Shown here one piece after another: positions 56,803-64,000 of a DNA stretch of 64,000 nucleotides (within the stretch, counting starts at the first letter, position 1; every line of letters starts with the position of its first letter). The stretch is from Octopus vulgaris (Eukaryota): NCBI GenBank assembly GCA_951406725.2, contig OX597834.1, forward strand, positions 26,908,001-26,972,000, given 5' to 3'. The notes under the pieces were generated by a model. The model ran no database searches and was not told the origin of the DNA. It saw nothing but the letters and a program-made list of their open reading frames with translations. Made by a program: the position numbers and the translations under genes.

Positions 56803-57190
56803 AGTGGAGGCGCAATGGCCCAGTGGTTAGGGCAGCGGACTCGCGGTCATAGGATCGCGGTTTCGATTCCCAGACCGGGCGTTGTGAGTGTTTATTGAGC
56901 GAAAACACCTAAAAGCTCCACGAGGCTCCGGCAGGGGATGGTGGTGATCCCTGCTGTACTCTTTCACCACAACTTTCTCTCACCCTTACTTCCTGTTTCT
57001 GTTGTACCTGTATTTCAAAGGCCGGCCTTGTCACTCTCTGTGTCACCCTGAATATCCCCGAGAACTACGTTAAGGGTACACGTGTCTGTGGAGTGCTCAG
57101 CCACTTACACGTTAATTTCACGAGCAGGCTGTTCCGTTGATTCGGATCAACCGGAACCCCTCATCGTCGTAACCGACGGAGTGCTTCCAT
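56803..57190 (+). mobile_element. SINE family C with well-preserved tRNA-like head
   Basis: A-box TGGCCCAGTGG and B-box GTTTCGATTCC, followed by a 300-nt non-tRNA body. The body is related to degenerate copies at about 35600-35895 and 5400-5560. Related heads at about 3020-3250-, 42555-42760+, 50370-50670-, 51325-51610-, 57375-57520+. Confidence 0.85.
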
Positions 57191-57526
57191 CCCATATATT
57201 GCTGTTGTTGTTGCTGTCATCGTTGTTGTTGTTATTGTTTTAAGCTAATATTGTTGTTATTGTTGTTGTCTGCTGCTCCTGTCGTTGTTACTGCTGTTTT
57301 GTTCGATCTTGCCACTGATCTGACAGACCGATTATCAAAGGTAATCCAACCACGACTATCGCAACATTCTAATCAATGGCTTAGTGGTTAGCGTGTTGGA
57401 TTCATGACCATAAGATTGTGGTTTCGATTCTTGGACAGGGCGATGCGTTGTGTTCCTGAGCACTTCATTTCACGCGTTGCTCCAGTCCACTCAGCTGCGA
57501 TAGACCGGCGTCCAATCCAGAGAGGA

Positions 57527-57589
<63 letters not shown>

Positions 57590-58351
57590 GGAGTAGTAGT
57601 AGGTTGGTGGTGGTGGTGGTGGTGGGGGTCATGTGATATTGTAGTAATGGTGTCACGTGGAGAGGATTGGAGGGGTGGAGATATATGATTGTTTACTAAG
57701 TAGAGACGTTGTTTTTTGGTAAAGGGAAACAGAGGTATGGGGAGAGGGGGAGAGGCGTATGGTGGAAGGGGAGATAAGAGGAGGAGGAGGAGGAGGAGGA
57801 AGAGGAGAGAAATGGCGAGGGAGGGAAATTAGAGAGAGCGAGAGAGACAGAGAGAGAGGAGGAGGATAAAGTAAGAAAGAAAGTGTGGGGAGGAGGGAGA
57901 GGAAGAGTGTTGCAGTGTCGAGTGACAGATATAGTAACAGTGTTTATAAGGAGAAAGGAATGAATAAAGAATAGAGACAGAAAGGGAGGCAGGAGAGAGA
58001 GAGAGTGAGAGAGAGAGAGAGAGAGGAGACAGAGAGGGTGGGAGAGAGGGGCAGAGAGAGGAAGCGTGAGAGAGAAACATAGAAAGAAAGGGGGTAGAAA
58101 AGAGGAGAGGGAAAGAAAGATAGGGAGAGAAAGGTGATAATAGGGAGGGCGAGAGAGAGAAAGAGAAAGTGTGTGTGTGTGTATGTGTGAGTGTATATAT
58201 GTTTGTGTGTGTGTTGGGTATGTATATATACATATATATGTATATATATGTATACATTTATATATATTTATATATATACACATGCACTTATACACACTCA
58301 CACACATATATATGAGATATATATATACATATATATGTATATATATATCTC

Positions 58352-58397
<46 letters not shown>

Positions 58398-59011
58398 ATA
58401 TATAAATATATATACATTTTTTTTGTAATGAGATAAAAAAACCAAGGCTGTGTAGATTTTAGAACATATATGTGTGTGTGTGTGTGTTTGTGTGTGTGGT
58501 AGTGTAGGTGCGGATGTGTGTGTACTGTAGTGAAATACGACGAGGAAATGATAACTGGTGCAGGATATCAAATGGATTGAATTTTATGTGTGGTATTTGT
58601 GAATATACAATTGTTGAGGGTGGGGGTGGGGGTGTCGGTGGTGATAATGGTGGTGTTTCATCTGTCATACGTGTATGAGTGCCTATGTATGTGATTGTGT
58701 GTGTATATGCTTGTTTGTGTGAGTGCACATGTGTGTGTGTGTATGTGTGTGTGTGTGTGTATGTGTGTGTGTGTGTGCGTGTGTGTGTGTGTGTGCGTGT
58801 GCGTGTGTGCGTGTGTGTGTGTGTGTGTGTGTGCATGTGTGCACGGTCAGAAATGCGGGCAGGCGGACCCGTATGTCTGATGATAGAATGGCCAACATTG
58901 TTTGAATTCGAATTGCTTGACATGTAAAAGTACATATAGAGCTGTATCTGGTGGGCTTGTGCATATGTGCATGAACATTGGTTATTAAGAAATAGGAAAG
59001 AGTGTGTGCTC

Positions 59012-59064
<53 letters not shown>

Positions 59065-59285
59065 GAGAAAGAGGAAAGGAGAGTTTTCAATATTTGGTTT
59101 AACCTTTTATTCGCTGTGAATACGACAGGTGCTATGCAGGGTCTAGGAGTTTTGTGCAAGGCACTTGTCGAACTTTTGTATTAGCACGAAACGACAGACC
59201 CCTAAGACACTCGTATGGTAATTTCAGTTTAGCAAAACAATACAAACACACACACGAACACACATACACACATACACACACACAC

Positions 59286-59698
59286 ACTCTCTTTTACTCT
59301 CTTTTAATTGTTTCAGTCATGTGACTGTGGCCATGCTGGAGCACCGCCTTTAGTTGTTCAAATCGGCCCCAGGACTTATTCTTTGTAAGCCTAGTACTTA
59401 TTTTATCGGTCTATTTTTTGCCGAGCCGCTAAGTTACGGCGACGTAAACACATCAGCATCGGTTGTCAAGCGATGTTGGGGGGACAAACACAGACACACA
59501 AACACGCACATACATATATACACATATATATACATATATACGACAGGCTTCTTTCAGTTTCCATCGACCAAATCCACTCACAAGGCTTTGGTCGGCTCGA
59601 GGCTATAGTAGAAGACACTTGCCCAAAGTGCCACGCAGTGGGACTGAACCCGGAACCATGTGGTTCGTAAGCAAGCTACTTACCACACGGCCACTCCT
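59286..59698 (-). mobile_element. SINE family A copy (NR4A intron, about 115 nt from the ZF1 exon donor)
   Basis: Near full-length match to family A. Confidence 0.9.
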
Positions 59699-59814
59699 AC
59701 ACGATGACAATTCCACACATATGCATGTAGAAAAAGCAACCCCCAAGAAGAAACACCCCGCCGACATGTTTGTTGAAGTGTTAGGTGTGTCATCTGAAAT
59801 GTTAAAGGGTTTAC

Positions 59815-60001
59815 CTTAAAGAATCCTTTACAGCCCTCACATGTCCTAACACCGTAATGCTGGCAGGCCGCATTGTCCCCACAGACGGCACATAGCTGGT
59901 TCTCTTTCTGGGGTTGCTCGTGGCTCCCGGGGGAGGAGCGCGTTGAACTTGGCGTCGAGGGGGTGTTCGGCGATTGAAGTGGGTACTTGGTCATTTCCAG
60001 C
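59815..60001 (-). CDS. NR4A: NR4A exon: end of A/B domain plus first zinc finger (P-box CEGCKG)
   Basis: 187 nt. Acceptor tttctttgtctacccAG at 60003-60002, donor AAG|GTAAAC at 59814. Encodes [26 protein letters not shown] and ends in phase 0. In-frame ATG at 59994-59992. Confidence 0.96.
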
Positions 60002-60152
60002 CTGGGTAGACAAAGAAAACATGTTAGAAAATTATGAATATGAGCGAGATAGGTGTGTATGTTGCGCGTGAATGTGTTTACATATGCATATATATATATA
60101 TATATATATATATTTGTGTATGAATGCACGTGTACGAGTGTATATCATGTGC

Positions 60153-60183
<31 letters not shown>

Positions 60184-61454
60184 CATTTATATATGTGTGT
60201 GTATATATATATATATACATGTGTGTGTATATGCATTTATATATGTGTGTATATATACATATACATGTGTGTATATATATATATGTATGTGTGTATATAT
60301 ATATATGTATGTGTGTATATATATATGTATATATTTGTATATATATATATGTATATATAGGCATGTATTTATATATATATGTGTGTATATATATAATATA
60401 TATGCATATATGTATATATATATATATATGTATATATATGTATATATATATATATGTATATAGATATATAAGTGTATATATATGGATGTGTGTATATATA
60501 TATATACAGACGAAGTGTGTGTGTATATATATACACACACACACACATACACACACACACATACACACACACACATTAAGTGATCCCTTTTGACCTTTAT
60601 CCCATATACAGCTACCTACCCCCACAGGCAGCTGAGTAAAAGAAGATAATGCAACATTAAATGTCAGGCCCCGAAAAACATGACGAAACAGCTCGTAGCG
60701 AGTTCGATATCAAGAGGTGCCCCCTGAGCAGGTGATTCACCTTCTTAGCCATACTTTCATCTCATATAAATACATAAATATACACACATACATTATATGC
60801 ATATGTATGCAGCTATAAACCTATGTTTATGCATTGTATGAATAATGGATGTATAAACATGTGTATATACGTGAGTATACACACACACACACACAGATAT
60901 ATATATATATATATATATGTGTGTATACATATCTATTGTATGAATATATACTTATGTGAGTGTATACCCTCAACATACTTTCTATTCGTGTAACAAAACG
61001 GCCCTTGGATAGAAATACTTATCACGCTTTTCATGTTTAACCAGAAATTGTGTTTCTTTTAGGGGAGTCAGTGGGATGAAAAGGGTTTATAAAATCATAC
61101 ACTGAACATAAAAACGTAAGTACATATTTATATAGTCTGACATATGTGTGTGTATGTGTTTGTATGTGTTTGTACTTACATATACATACTTATACTTACA
61201 CACACACACACACATATATATATGCTCTTTATATGCTCGTTTATATGTGTGTGTGTATATGTGTATATGCATACGTATATGTCTATATATATGTGCATAT
61301 GTGTATGTGTGTATATATACATATACCCACTTAATGAACTTAAATGAGTAACTTGTCCCTATTCGTTAAAGTGAACGACGAAATATTAGGGGACGGAAAT
61401 GCACACACGCACGCAACACTTACACACACACACACACACACACATACACACATC

Positions 61455-61862
61455 TCTCTTTTACTCTTTTACTTGTTTCAGTCATCTGACTGCGGCCATG
61501 CTGGAGCACCGCCTTCAGTCGAGCAAATCGACCCCGGGACTTATTCTTTGCAAGCCCAGTACTTATTCTATCGGTCTCTTTTGCCGAACTGCTAAGTGAC
61601 GGGGACGTAAACACACCAGCATCGGTTGTCAAGCAATGCTAGGGGGACAAACACAGACACACGAACATATACACACATATACACACACATACATATACAT
61701 ATATACGACAGGCTTCTTTCAGTTTCCGTCTACCAAATCCACTCACAAGGCATTGGTCGGCCCGGGGCTATAGCAGCAGACACTTGCCCAAGATGCCACG
61801 CAGTGGGACTGAACCCGGAACCATGTGGCTGGTTAGCAAGCTACTTACCACACAGCCACTCC
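61455..61862 (-). mobile_element. SINE family A copy
   Basis: Near full-length match to family A. Confidence 0.9.
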
Positions 61863-62055
61863 AATTATTATATATATATAAAATAATTATTATACACACA
61901 CATACACACACAAAAATATTATTCTTGTAATTTACTTAATCTTTACTTTTTAATTGCTATTTTAATTTTAACTTTTCTATTATATGTAATTTTCTAGATG
62001 GTGTAATTTAATTATTCATTTTGAATTGATAAAAGATGTTTTTTTTCTAATATTT

Positions 62056-62113
<58 letters not shown>

Positions 62114-62208
62114 TGTGTGTGTGTGTATATGCGTTGTACAACTTATATCGATATTGCAAAATCTTCCATATTCAAGAAGCGAAGCAAGCAATAATGATTA
62201 AAGAAGCA

Positions 62209-62251
<43 letters not shown>

Positions 62252-64000
62252 TCCACACAAACACACACACACACGCATTCATACACACTTACACACACGT
62301 TCACACATTCGCACGCACATAAGGCCATTTCACACACCTACGCATGCATACAGTCACACACATACAAACACACACGAATCTTTCAACTGTGATTGGCTGG
62401 TTGAAAGGAAAGGGTCAGAGGCCAGATTGTAAAGCCATGAAGTAGTAAACTGACACAAGGTAAATGAGTGACGGTAGGTGGCGCTGGGATATTTATCACC
62501 ATCACTGTCGCAATCAAACAGGAAATGTATGTGTGTGTGTCAACGTGTGGGAAAGATAAGAGAGAGAGAGAGAGTGAGGGGGAAGAGATAGAGGATATAA
62601 GGGGGGAGGGGGGATGATAGAGAGGTAGAAAGAAGGAGAAAGAGAAAGAGTGAGAGAGGGATGGAGGAAGGAGAAACGGGGAGAAGTGATAGAGAGAATG
62701 AAGAGGGAGCGATTTACAGAGAGGGATAAAGAAACAGAAAGGGTAAAGAGAGAGAGAAAAAGAGAGAGTAATGATAGAGAGAGAGAGAGAAAGTGATGGA
62801 GGAACATAATAAAGAGAGAGGGAGAGAGAGGGAGAGAATGAGGGGTAGAGAAGGGAGAAGGGGAAAAGTGATAGAGAGAGAGAGAGAGAGAGAAGTGGGA
62901 GCGAGATAGAGAGAAGGATAAGGAAACAGAAAGGTAAAGAGAGAGCAATGATAGAGAGAGAGAGAGAGAGAGAGAAAGAAAGTGATGGAGAAACATAACA
63001 AAGAGAGAATGAGAGAGAGGGAGAGAGTGAGTGAGAGAGAGTGAGTGAGAGAGGGTGAGAGGGAGAGAGTGAGTGAGAGAGAGTGAGTGAGAGAGTGAGA
63101 GAGAGAGAGAGAGAGTGAGAGAGAGAACAGGCTAAGCGAGACAGAGTGAGTGTTTTCACAGACACACACACACAAACACATGCATACACACACACGCACA
63201 CACACACACATACATACACACACACACACTCACATAAGAAGCCCGATAAATAAGTTTCTTTATTGGCCACACAGGGCTGCACACAGATGGGACAAGTTAC
63301 AAGGTAGAGCTTTTCTTTTGGGGGGATGAAAAAAAAAAAAAAAAGGTGGCGTAGGTTTTCGATCAAAAGGGATCGTAAAAGGGAAAAAGAAGAACAAAAA
63401 TAAAATAAAATAAAGCCCGATAGATAGATAAATAGGTAGGTCGATAGATATGCACACACACGCTGGATTGTCGAGTTCCTGACGTTAGTGGTTAGGTTTT
63501 ATCTTGGCTTTCTTTCCTTGTGGTTGCTAACAGCGTTGTTGCCGAAGTCGGAGCTGGTTGTCTAATTATGATGCATGTGGTTGATAACATCTGCACCCGG
63601 AGTTACTATCGTATTCGGCAGTAATATCTGATTCCATTCATTCATTCATATATTTCGCCAAGCAGCCCCGCCTCACCTGGACATAGTTTGACTGACTGAC
63701 TGATAAAGAAACCTGTGCTATATAAATCATATTATACTCTCTCTCTCTCTCTCTCTCTTTACTCTTTTACTTGTTTCAGTCATTTGACTCTGGCCATGCT
63801 GGAGCACCGCCTTTAATCGAGCAACTCGAACCCCGGATCTTATTCTTTTATAAGCCCAGTACTTATTCTATCGGTCTCTATTTTGTCGAACCGCTAAGTA
63901 ACGGGGACATAAACACACCAGCATCGGTTGTCAAGCAATACTAGTGGGACAAACACAGACACAAACACACACACGCATATATATATATATATATATATAT

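Noticed and set aside
56807-56882. tRNA gene candidate
   Set aside because: It has A and B boxes but no proper acceptor stem, and it continues into a repeated SINE body.
58875-58920. CTGATGA motif (hammerhead core or snoRNA C box)
   Set aside because: There is no stem II plus GAAA, no matching D box with a terminal stem, and it is antisense to the host gene.
62383-63459. 358-aa minus-strand ORF as a possible upstream NR4A exon
   Set aside because: It is mostly CT/GT microsatellite and the LINE-tail repeat, ends in a stop codon, and shows no convincing phase-2 donor.

Overview
AT-rich, microsatellite-saturated animal genomic DNA. The repeat landscape (several tRNA-derived SINE families, Penelope-like remnants, dense TA/TATC/TATG arrays) suggests an octopod cephalopod; this is inference. 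I can support one protein-coding gene: an NR4A-family orphan nuclear receptor (Nurr1/Nur77/NOR1/Hr38 orthologue) on the minus strand. Six coding exons were reconstructed by hand with GT-AG boundaries and matching phases: 60001-59815, 45784-45655, 44613-44453, 40174-39972, 37022-36844 and 32604-32345. They total 1120 nt and encode both zinc fingers, the hinge/A-box and the full LBD ending ...NSHLPF*. No upstream exon was identified in the window. The rest is intron, 3' flank and mobile DNA: three SINE families, two non-autonomous Helitron families, 5'-truncated LINEs (one with an 11-bp TSD), a decayed mariner, and Penelope-type repeats with minimal hammerhead ribozyme motifs. Most of the supplied ORF track is microsatellite artefact. 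The most interesting signals are a natural Pro->Ala at the I-box position needed for RXR dimerisation in Nurr1, several hammerhead motifs (one with an intact core in an inverted pair), two long intronic hairpins with A-C mismatches in the pre-mRNA, four NBRE sites inside the gene, and recurrent SINE multimer junctions. I found no firm evidence of a wholly new biological system.
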